Of a DNA stretch of 64,000 nt, positions 18,683-28,824 are shown piece by piece. How positions within the stretch are numbered: the first letter of the stretch is position 1; the number at the start of each line of letters is the position of its first letter. The notes under the pieces are model-generated. The model ran no database searches and was not told the origin of the DNA. It saw only the letters and a list, made by a program, of their open reading frames with translations. The stretch comes from an uncultured Collinsella sp. (GTDB lineage: Bacteria; Actinomycetota; Coriobacteriia; Coriobacteriales; Coriobacteriaceae), in the NCBI GenBank assembly GCA_958349325.1, contig CATWCP010000003.1, positions 2,899 through 66,898 on the forward strand, in the 5' to 3' direction. A program made the translations under genes and the position numbers.

Positions 18683-20911
18683 ATGAAACGATCCCTTTAC
18701 TACCTGCTCTGCGCGATCGCGTGCACGTCCATGGTCAGCGCGACGATGCCCATGGCAGCCATTGCGGAAGCCATCCAGCCTCAGGCAACAGCCACGCAGC
18801 AGGCGCAAGCCGACGCCACGAGCAGCGGCACAGGCAAGGCTGAAGACGGCACCAACACAAATGCGACAGCAGATACCGCAGAGGACAGCACCGCAACATC
18901 TACCGGCGCCAGCCAGACCGACCCCGCGGACGCCAACACCGCAGACGCCGCCGCAACCGGCACCACCGCCCCATCTCTCCGCGCCCAAACCAACCCCACG
19001 CCCGAGGCCATCTCCACCACGTCACAAACCACCTACGCCCACTCCGCCACGGCAACCCAAAACGGCGTCACCTTCACCGTCTCGTGGAACGAAGCCCCCG
19101 CGGGCACCGCGACGACCTTCCACGTAACCCAGACCAACGGATCGTCCCAGGCCAAGGCGCGCATGGACGTGCCCACCTATTGGGACGGCGGCAGCCAGGA
19201 AAGCGTCTGCGACCCGTCGCGCGCGGCATGGGGCAGCTACTACAGCCTGGGCACCGCGGGCCACGACTTTACCTTCGACTTCACGGCGTCGGGCACGTAC
19301 CGCATCTACTTCTACTTTATGGACAACGACAGAAACGACCCCCAAAACGACAAGGGGATCTACTACCTGCGCACCACGGCGGAGGTGACCATAAACGATG
19401 CCGCCCGCCCAAGCGTCACGCAGATCGTCAACAACGCCGTGGCCCAGTGCAGGCAACAGACAAACTGCTCGGAATACGACATGGCGCTGTGGCTCCACGA
19501 CTGGACGCTCGACCAGCTGGAGTACGACCACAGCCTCAACTGGTGCTCGGCCGAAAGCGGCCTCACGCGCCACCAGGGCACCTGCGAGAGCTACCAGCGC
19601 ATCTACTCCAAGCTCCTTGACGCCGTGGGCATCACCAACGGCCGCATCACCGGCAACGGCCACACCTGGAACGCCGTAAAGATCGACGGCAAATGGTGCC
19701 AGATGGACCTAACCTGGGACGACACCAGCGACAACTGGTACGGAGACCTGGACCAGCGCCATCTGTACTTTGGGCTGACCGACGAGCTCATGGCAATCGC
19801 CCACTCCGACCACACGGCTAACTACCAGAAGGCCGACTATGCCTATCGCTCAACCGACCTGTCCAACAATTACTTTATGCGAAATGGCAAGGCCGATGAA
19901 TGGGCCGAGAAGTATGCCGACCGCATTCAGCAGTATCTGGACGCCAAAGAAGAGGGCTTTTCCATCAATGCTGACAATCAATCTTTCCCGCCGAGCATCT
20001 CGGGGATTCAGAATGGGATCATTGCGTATGCGATGAATCTGAGAGAGTGGAAGACTGAAACTGACCAAGCAGATCTAAAAGCGGCATCAATAGTCACCAC
20101 ACAAACCAGCACTACTTGGATTGCTACGTTCAAATTCACGGCAAAGTTCTTGCAAATCAAACCAACCGCTACACCGGTTTTGCCCAACGGAATGTATTCC
20201 ATATACTCATGCCTCGACCAATCAAAAGCCCTAGACGTCCGCATGGAGTCGAAGAACGATAGGGCGAATGTACAGCTCTGGCAAGATCACGGCGGCAGAC
20301 AACAAAAGGTCAACCTCCAATTCCAAAACGACGGCACCTATCTTATTACGTTCGTTCATTCAGGAAAAGCGCTGTCTGCTGAATCAAGTCGTGATGGATC
20401 GAATGTTAGTCAGTCAAATATAGATGGTTCCGATCTACAGAGATGGGTTGTCGAACGAATGGGGACGGGATATACAATAAAAAATAAAGCAGGGAACCAG
20501 TGGCTAAATGTTAGAAGAGCCGACACAAGAAACGGCACAAATATTCAAACTTGGTCAAATGGCGGTGTGGCCGAAACAATCTTTAATCTTGTTCCAACTG
20601 AACTCGATGCACTTCCAAACGGTAGGTACGCCATAAAAACCAAACTTGACACGACAAAAACAATCGACATTCGTTTAGCGTCCCAAGATGATTTTGCAAA
20701 TGCTCAAATTTGGACTGACTACAATTCCCCAAATCAATCAGTTGATCTTAGAAGACAGGGAGACGGAACATACACATTTATTTTTGTACACTCCAAAAAG
20801 GCGCTAACAGCAGAAGCTGTCAAGGACGGCGCAAACGTTTCGCAGGCAACATATACCGGTTCAAATCTTCAGCATTGGAAGCTATCGGTAGTGTCGAGAA
20901 AGTTGGTGTAA
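18683..20911 (+). CDS. Secreted transglutaminase-like protein with ricin-B lectin repeats, C-terminally truncated by IS256
   Basis: Signal peptide; Ala/Thr linker; GTCESY/GHTWN/MDLTWD Cys-His-Asp triad; ALDV...NVQLW...QRW beta-trefoil repeats. The last 7 residues come from the IS IR. Confidence 0.8.
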   Translation: MKRSLYYLLCAIACTSMVSATMPMAAIAEAIQPQATATQQAQADATSSGTGKAEDGTNTNATADTAEDSTATSTGASQTDPADANTADAAATGTTAPSLRAQTNPTPEAISTTSQTTYAHSATATQNGVTFTVSWNEAPAGTATTFHVTQTNGSSQAKARMDVPTYWDGGSQESVCDPSRAAWGSYYSLGTAGHDFTFDFTASGTYRIYFYFMDNDRNDPQNDKGIYYLRTTAEVTINDAARPSVTQIVNNAVAQCRQQTNCSEYDMALWLHDWTLDQLEYDHSLNWCSAESGLTRHQGTCESYQRIYSKLLDAVGITNGRITGNGHTWNAVKIDGKWCQMDLTWDDTSDNWYGDLDQRHLYFGLTDELMAIAHSDHTANYQKADYAYRSTDLSNNYFMRNGKADEWAEKYADRIQQYLDAKEEGFSINADNQSFPPSISGIQNGIIAYAMNLREWKTETDQADLKAASIVTTQTSTTWIATFKFTAKFLQIKPTATPVLPNGMYSIYSCLDQSKALDVRMESKNDRANVQLWQDHGGRQQKVNLQFQNDGTYLITFVHSGKALSAESSRDGSNVSQSNIDGSDLQRWVVERMGTGYTIKNKAGNQWLNVRRADTRNGTNIQTWSNGGVAETIFNLVPTELDALPNGRYAIKTKLDTTKTIDIRLASQDDFANAQIWTDYNSPNQSVDLRRQGDGTYTFIFVHSKKALTAEAVKDGANVSQATYTGSNLQHWKLSVVSRKLV

Positions 20912-22370
20912 GGGTGACGCCCTAGCGCCCGTTTAACGAAGAACGGCCTTCGTCCTAGAATCTGAAATCACCACAACAACAGGTTCTAGGAAAGGACGAA
21001 GACCGCTATGGGAATCTTATCAGACCCGACGCCGGACATGCTCGCCATGCCCCGTTTCGACGACGGCGCCATCGACATGCAGGAGCTGCTCCGCAGACTA
21101 GCCGAGCAGGTCGTGAACGCCGTGATGGACGCCGAGGCCGACCAGCTGTGCGGCGGCGGGGCGAACAGCCGGAACGGCTACCGCGAGAGGTCGCTCGCCA
21201 CCTGCGTCGGCACGCTGACGCTGCGCATCCCCAAGCTGCGCTCCGGCAGCTTCTTCCCTGAGGACGTGCTCGAGCGCTACCAGCGCGTCGACCGCGCCCT
21301 CGTGGCCGCCGTGGCCGAGATGTACGCCACGGGCACGAGCACCCGCAAGGTGCAGAGGGTGGCCGAGAAGATGGGCGTCTCCAGGCTCTCGAAGGACCAG
21401 GTGAGCGCCATCGCCTCGAGCCTGGACGCAGATATCGAGGACCTATGCGGAAGGCCGCTCGGCGGCTCGCCGGTGCCCTACGTCTGGCTCGACGCGACCT
21501 ACGTCAAGTGCCGCCGCGAGGGGCGCGTCGCCTCCACCGCCGTGGTCACCGCCATCGGCTGCGATGCGGGCGGCTGGAGGCGCGTCCTGGGCGTCGACGT
21601 GGTCGACACCGAGTCCTACGACTCGTGGCTCGCCTTCCTGCGGGCCATCCGCTCGCGCGGGGCGGCGGGCGTGCGGCTCGTCGTCTCGGACGCCCACCCG
21701 GGGCTCGTCCGGGCGCTCGGCGAGGTCTTCCAGGGCGCCGCGTGGCAGCGCTGCGCGGTCCACCTCATGCGCGACTGCATGCGCGAGGCCGGCTCCTGGC
21801 AGCCCAGGCGCCGCGTGGGCAGGATCGTGTCGCAGGTGTTCCGCGGGCGCGACGCCGCCACCGTGACGGCCATGTACCACGCGGCGTGCGACATGCTGGA
21901 GGGGTGCTGCCCGAGGGCGGCGGCGGTGCTGGAGGAGGCCGAGCCCGACGCGCTGGCCTACCTCGACTTCCCGCCGACCCACTGGAAGCGCCTGCGCACC
22001 AACAACGTGCAGGAGAGGACCAACCGGGAGATAAAGCGCAGGTCGCGCGTCGTGCAGGTGTTCCCCTCCACGGGGTCGCTGGTGCGGCTGGCGGGCGCGG
22101 TCATGTGCGAGCAGGACGAGATATGGCAGGAGTCCAGGTACTTCTCGGAGGCGAGGATGAACGAGCTCTACGATGACGGTCGCACTCGGGGAATCGACGG
22201 TCACGTCGATTGGGCGCGGCTCGAGGCGGAGGCCAGGAAGATGCTCGAGTCCGGTCTCGAGCTTGCGGACAGGGTCGAGGCGGCATAGGATATCAACCGT
22301 GTTCCAGGTTCCAGGACGCCGGGCCGACTCGCTTCGGATCGGGCGCTACACCAACTTTCTCGACACTACC
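20887..22370 (+). mobile_element. IS256-family insertion sequence
   Basis: Perfect 24-bp IRs GGTAGTGTCGAGAAAGTTGGTGTA at 20887-20910 and 22347-22370; no matching flanking direct repeat. Confidence 0.93.
21008..22288 (+). CDS. IS256-family transposase
   Basis: RNGYRER, IPKLRSGSFFP, VWLDATY, SDAHPGL, WQRCAVH and TNNVQERTNREIKRR motifs; appears intact. Confidence 0.95.
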   Translation: MGILSDPTPDMLAMPRFDDGAIDMQELLRRLAEQVVNAVMDAEADQLCGGGANSRNGYRERSLATCVGTLTLRIPKLRSGSFFPEDVLERYQRVDRALVAAVAEMYATGTSTRKVQRVAEKMGVSRLSKDQVSAIASSLDADIEDLCGRPLGGSPVPYVWLDATYVKCRREGRVASTAVVTAIGCDAGGWRRVLGVDVVDTESYDSWLAFLRAIRSRGAAGVRLVVSDAHPGLVRALGEVFQGAAWQRCAVHLMRDCMREAGSWQPRRRVGRIVSQVFRGRDAATVTAMYHAACDMLEGCCPRAAAVLEEAEPDALAYLDFPPTHWKRLRTNNVQERTNREIKRRSRVVQVFPSTGSLVRLAGAVMCEQDEIWQESRYFSEARMNELYDDGRTRGIDGHVDWARLEAEARKMLESGLELADRVEAA

Positions 22371-22435
22371 AACCTGTACCTTTTTGTGCAACAAAAAAAG
22401 CCGCTCAACCAGCGGTTTTTCTTATTTAGGCATGA

Positions 22436-22469
22436 AAAAGGCGACCGTCCATTGTGAACGGTCGCCTTT
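22436..22469 (-). terminator. Rho-independent terminator of thrS; a second hairpin lies at 22393-22420
   Basis: AAAGGCGACCGT...ACGGTCGCCTTT stem with flanking A/T runs just after the thrS stop. Confidence 0.7.
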
Positions 22470-22491
22470 GTAAATTGTTGTGCAGCTTGCC

Positions 22492-24255
<1,764 letters not shown>

Positions 24256-24484
24256 GGGTATGTTTTCTCCTCTCGGATGCCTGATGCAAGTGCGTGCGAT
24301 GCGCTCGGCGTTTTTGACTTGCATCATTATAGGCAGGTTGCCTTGGTATACAAGCGCCCGCCGCACCTTAATGGCACGGCGGGCGATTTTCTACGCATGC
24401 TTCATCGTGTGGGGCGGGTTGCGCGTGTGGCTCGCACGGGACGCGCGGCGCCCGTGGCTTGCGGCCAGCCCGGCGATGGATGCG

Positions 24485-24916
24485 TTACTGGATGCGAGTT
24501 CGGCAGTAGGGGCAGACCTTCCAGTGCGCATCGAGCGGGCGATGGCAGCTGGGGCAGACGTTGCGAACCTGAGTGTCGCACACCGGGCAGACGACGAAGT
24601 CCTTCTCGATGGGCGCGCCGCACTGCGGGCAGGTGCCGTACTGGGCAAGCTGGCGCTCGCGCAGGGCCATGTCGAGCTCCTGCTCCTCGCGGTCGGACGC
24701 GTAGGAGTGCGGACGCAGGACCAGGTAGGCGATGAGGCCTACAAACGGGATGAGAGCGATGATGCCCCATGCCACGTAGGCGCTGGCGCCGCGGCGGCGA
24801 GCGTCGATGAACACGTAGACGACCGACAGCACATACAGGGCGATGATAAAGCCAACGAAGGCATAGACGACGCCCATAAGCTGCGGCGACATGAGCTCGG
24901 AGATGTACTTGGACAT
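24485..24916 (-). CDS. Membrane-anchored double zinc-ribbon protein
   Basis: Two TMs, then four CxxC pairs. Confidence 0.8.
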   Translation of the reverse strand: MSKYISELMSPQLMGVVYAFVGFIIALYVLSVVYVFIDARRRGASAYVAWGIIALIPFVGLIAYLVLRPHSYASDREEQELDMALRERQLAQYGTCPQCGAPIEKDFVVCPVCDTQVRNVCPSCHRPLDAHWKVCPYCRTRIQ

Positions 24917-25016
24917 TACGGGTACCTTTCGGATTATTTACAGTTCGGTCAAGTTTACCACGGGGTTTGTTTATATGGGACTACGGCTAGGGGCGGGGCT
25001 GGCGCGGACACAAACA

Positions 25017-25232
25017 TCTCAATCTGTAACATCTACGGGTCAAAATCTCGGCTAAACGTTACAAATCGAGACGAAGAAAAATCTCCGAACCCAATGTCTC
25101 AATCTGTAACAACTACTCAAGAAAATCGGCTCCAGATGTTACAAATCGAGATAAACGGGCAAGCCGTCAGCCAAACATCTCAATCTATAACATCTGAGCC
25201 CCAAAATCTCCCCTTCCTGTTACAGATAGAGA
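25017..25232. repeat. Array of three palindromic units TCTCAATCTGTAACA...(T)GTTACARATCGAGA
   Basis: About 15-nt motifs in alternating orientation with variable ~25-nt spacers. Confidence 0.8.
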
Positions 25233-25288
25233 CATTCAAAATCCGCCGGAAGGTTTGTCTTGATCTGCCACTATTTACTGCGTCCGTT

Positions 25289-25549
25289 TTACCTGCTGGT
25301 TTGTTGGGAAATATCCCAATTTATCCCAAGTGCGTCGCAAACGGAACGCGCCACCTGCTCACGGGAGGGACGAATATAATGTCGCCCCGACACGCCCGGC
25401 GGGGAGTGTCCCATGAGCATTTCCATGAGGTCCCAGGGCATGTGCAGCTCCATCTCGCAGATGGTTCGCCACGAGTTGCGAAGGTTCGACCACGGGATGT
25501 GTTCGATACCCTCGGCTGCGCACCACTTCTTCCATCTATGATTGCACAT
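25289..25549 (-). pseudogene. Tyrosine integrase C-terminal fragment
   Basis: NLRNSW...LMGHS...RHY catalytic-box pattern; no N-terminal part. Confidence 0.75.
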
Positions 25550-25808
25550 CTATCGATTCATGGGCAGTCCGTCCCCGCGATCTGCTAGCCACTCGGAGCC
25601 TGCCGCGCGGCGCCTCTGCTTGCGCGTCATATAATGTCCCTAGGTCGCCCGGAGCTATCTCCGTATTACTCCGGCATCCTTGCTATCACCCCGCCGCGCC
25701 AAGGTTCCAGCCGTGCGCGGTGGGGTTTCTTTATGTCTGGAGCAGTTGTTGCGTCATCTGCAACAACTGGCCTTTTGCTGGGACCTGCCCTGTTCCTTCA
25801 GGGGCCCT

Positions 25809-26843
25809 TTAGACTGCCATCCTGGTGTCAACAGCGTCTACGACCTCCGCTGCATATTTTGGATAGTCGATGACCTTGCCACTCCCCGTTTCCTTCCATG
25901 CCGATAGCTCATGGGAGAACTCTGATATCTCGCTTGCGGTGTCAAACGTGTCGACGAATCTGGCTACAAGATCGATGTACTCGAGTTCCTTTTCGTCAAA
26001 CGTTTCCTCTGGTTCGACGAGCGGTTTTACGATTTCGCCCCAGCCGTTGGGGACAAGCTCTATCTTGCCCTGTTGCTGCAGGGCATAGAGCAAGGTGTCC
26101 TTATCGTTTATGACGGGGCCATAGTCGGCATGTGCGTATTCGATTCCCGTGAGGGAGGTACTCGTCATGCCATAGCAGTAGTAGTCGAGGAAGAACATGG
26201 CCTTCTGCAGCTTGGTCTTATAGAGATTTTTGCAGCGATGGGCAAGAATGACAACGGCGCCACACACACGCGACCAATCGAACGGTCGGTATCCGTTCGT
26301 CCTCGACGGCGAGTAGGCCTCAAGTGGCGGCCAGCTAAAATCTAAAGTGCTGAAGCGATCCGGAGCCTGGGAGTCGACAAAGTTTTCGACGGCGCTGATA
26401 ATCTTCTCAGACAGCTGGTCTCTCTTTACGTTTAAAAGTGACAGGGCGCCAGCGGGGCTTGCTGCCAGCCTGATCATTCCATCGTGAGCCTCGTCCTGCA
26501 GCGCGCCAGACTCATATCGAGCCACAGTTTGCTCACCGAAGCCAAGGAAGCGGCTGAAATCTCTCAACGACAGGCCGTAGCGTTCGCGGACGGCCTTGAT
26601 TTCCTCGGGGGAAAGTAAGTGATTCGTGGCGCGATAGGCGGCATAGGCGGCTGCGAGGTTATCGCTTTCTATGCGTGCGTCCGCAATAGCCGCCCCACAG
26701 ACGGGGCATACCGTGACCGTGGTCTCATAGGTAATATCCTGTTTTCTGATGCGCATCGTCTCGGTACGACGCTCTACGCGTGCCTCGACTTCCTGGTCGC
26801 ATTCAATGCAATAGGTGCTGAAAGTGCTCTTCATCTCGCTCAT
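25809..26843 (-). CDS. Antitoxin: MqsA-like Zn ribbon + XRE HTH + DUF4065 (Panacea/SocA) domain
   Basis: CIEC/CPVC; IKAVRERYGLSLRDFSRFLG...ARYE; KLQKAMFFLD...YGPV...SHELSAW. Confidence 0.82.
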   Translation of the reverse strand: MSEMKSTFSTYCIECDQEVEARVERRTETMRIRKQDITYETTVTVCPVCGAAIADARIESDNLAAAYAAYRATNHLLSPEEIKAVRERYGLSLRDFSRFLGFGEQTVARYESGALQDEAHDGMIRLAASPAGALSLLNVKRDQLSEKIISAVENFVDSQAPDRFSTLDFSWPPLEAYSPSRTNGYRPFDWSRVCGAVVILAHRCKNLYKTKLQKAMFFLDYYCYGMTSTSLTGIEYAHADYGPVINDKDTLLYALQQQGKIELVPNGWGEIVKPLVEPEETFDEKELEYIDLVARFVDTFDTASEISEFSHELSAWKETGSGKVIDYPKYAAEVVDAVDTRMAV

Positions 26844-27178
26844 CTCGGGACCTCCGTTCTATCCCGGTACAACTTGACAGAGAGGCATTTGCATCGCTCG
26901 GCCTCGTGTTTTATGGACATCTTTAGGTACAGCGTCTTGCCAAATGCCTTGGGCGAGAATTCGGCAACTGTCCATCCCGGGTATCGCGAGTCGCGGTCCG
27001 CTTCGGGTCCATCAAAACAGTCTCTTGGCGTGAGCGATAAGATCACGTTTTTGAGCTCGTCCATGGTGATTCCCATGTTCGCCATGAACTCCAGACTTGC
27101 CTCGCGTTCCACGAGGATGAAGCTATTTTTGTCCACGATTTCCTTCATCCAATGAAGGAAGAGCCCTCTGTTGTCCAT
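26840..27178 (-). CDS. MqsR-like type II toxin
   Basis: 112 aa; ILSLTPRDCFDGP...LYLK motif; 4-nt overlap with the antitoxin, toxin first as in mqsRA. Confidence 0.62.
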   Translation of the reverse strand: MDNRGLFLHWMKEIVDKNSFILVEREASLEFMANMGITMDELKNVILSLTPRDCFDGPEADRDSRYPGWTVAEFSPKAFGKTLYLKMSIKHEAERCKCLSVKLYRDRTEVPR

Positions 27179-27545
27179 CCCTCTCCTTAGCTAGAAGTGT
27201 AATCAATTAGTTACAATGATGGTGAAGAAATCGAGGTGATTCTGTGAATTCGACCTCTTGCGCCTAGTCAAATGACAGATAAAGCCTTGAGTTTGCCAAC
27301 GATTTGATTCGCGGCAGCCTGCCTAGGCTCCGAACAGCTTTGCGAGCGTGCCGATGGCGCTGGTGACTGTGGGGACGAGTCCCGCGGCCTTGGATGCGAG
27401 GTCGAGCGCGTCCTTGGCCTTCCCGGCGAAGCCTCCCACGTCTTTTCCTCGGCGGCGAACCGCAGGTCGGCGAGTTGAATCGTACATTCCCATGTTATCT
27501 GCCAATCTCGCAGGTGGTTCCTTTGAATGCCTACGCGGACCTTAC

Positions 27546-27920
27546 TTAATCCGCTTCCAGCCCTTCGCCTTCAGGCGCCGCAACCTGAGCTTTGGACAAC
27601 TCGGCCTGGTCGCGTGCCGTCTCCAGGATCTTCGAGCGCCTCTTCTCGGTGCTCTGCCGGTAGCAAGTGATCAGCTCGCCCTCCGCGCCTACCGGCGCCG
27701 TCGGCTTGTCCTCGGGATGTTCCTCGTACCATCCGAGCAGGTCGTTGGGGTCGGTGTTGAATACTTCGCAGAGCGCACCTACGAGCTCTGCGTTCGGATA
27801 GCTCTCCTCGCGCTCCCAAGACTGAATAGTTCGGAATGACTTGCCGACTTTTTGTGCAAGCTCCTTTTGGTTTAGCCCCAGGGCTTCTCGGCGCTCTCTT
27901 AGACGAAGGTTCATCCTCAC
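27546..27920 (-). CDS. XRE-family (CI-like) repressor
   Basis: LRERREALGLNQKELAQKVGKSFRTIQSWE HTH; the start may be ATG 27914. Confidence 0.88.
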   Translation of the reverse strand: MRMNLRLRERREALGLNQKELAQKVGKSFRTIQSWEREESYPNAELVGALCEVFNTDPNDLLGWYEEHPEDKPTAPVGAEGELITCYRQSTEKRRSKILETARDQAELSKAQVAAPEGEGLEAD

Positions 27921-27938
27921 TCCTTTCTTTACGTTAAG

Positions 27939-28013
27939 TGAATAGTAAACAAATAAATGTCTTTATGCAAAAAAATGTTGCTTATTCGATTAACAGGGAC
28001 ATATAACTATTCA
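27939..28013. promoter_or_regulatory. Divergent promoter/operator region between cI and cro
   Basis: AT-rich spacer with inverted TGAATAGT (27939-27946) and ACTATTCA (28006-28013). Confidence 0.5.
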
Positions 28014-28057
28014 TATTGAAATTCGACAGACAGAAAAGCGTCTCTAAGGAGGAACGA

Positions 28058-28281
28058 ATGGATTTCAGTAAGGAGCTGGAGGGGATATCCGCGCCGCACG
28101 CGCCCGAGCTGACCTTTCTCAGGCTGAGGTCGCTTCCAAGGTCGGAGTAAACGTCAGCACTTTCGCGAAGTACGAGAGTGGCGATTACATTCCTGGAGCC
28201 GACAAGCTCTTGGCTATCTCGCAGGTTCTTGGTTGTCCGCCCAACGACCTGATGGGCTGGAACACGGACGAGGCCGCATAG
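28058..28281 (+). pseudogene. Cro-like XRE protein with a frameshift
   Basis: Strong RBS AAGGAGG, then MDFSKELE; after GGAGGGGAT (~28080) another frame reads DIRAARARADLSQAEVASKVGVNVSTFAKYESG...DLMGWNTDEAA*. Confidence 0.8.
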
Positions 28282-28523
28282 GGATGGAGGAAGAGGAATG
28301 ACTGGGAGGAGCTACGAGCTATCCGACGACATCACGATCCTGGGCGGCATGGTGATCTTTGTGTTAACAAACTGGGAAATTCGGGGTGCACGCCCGCGTG
28401 GCTTTCGTATCCCCAAACTATCCCAAGTGCGTGTGCTAACCCGTTTTTACGCGCTTGTGCCGTTGTTGCCGTACATAACCCGCAGGTAAGCAGTGTGTTT
28501 GTTTTTGTCGTTCTTTCAGGTCA

Positions 28524-28655
28524 GTTCTGTAACATCTAGAACCCAAAACAGTCCCCAGATGTTACAGATCGAGACAGAAGAATCTCTCCCCGGCTTCAAT
28601 CTCAATCTGTAACAACTGGAACCCAAATCCTCAGCTTAATGTTACAGAACGAGAC
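28524..28655. repeat. Second block of the TCTGTAACA/TGTTACAGA palindromic array
   Basis: Two more units with the same motif as 25017-25232. Confidence 0.8.
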
Positions 28656-28824
28656 AAACCTCTGACGCCAGGGGCGGCAGACGAGGTCACCGATGGTCTT
28701 GGGTCTCCCCTCGCCTGCCGTTGGCGGGTGTTGCTGGGCTGTTCGCCGCATTGCCGCCGCGCTGGGGGTGTGTAGACCGTAGGATGTTCTTATTGACAGC
28801 CTGTCAACTTGTCTGGGAGGCACT

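Larger units (their letters stand above)
25289..28490. mobile_element. Degenerate prophage/integrative element remnant
   Basis: Integrase stub, TA pair and divergent cI/cro in lysogeny-module order; TATCCCAAGTGCGT repeated near both ends; no structural genes. Confidence 0.7.

Noticed and set aside
25017..25232. Possible CRISPR array
   Set aside because: Repeats are only ~15 nt, degenerate and alternate in orientation, and there are no cas genes in the window.
24917..25290. tRNA attachment site for the prophage remnant
   Set aside because: No tRNA gene or 3' fragment recognised at either end.
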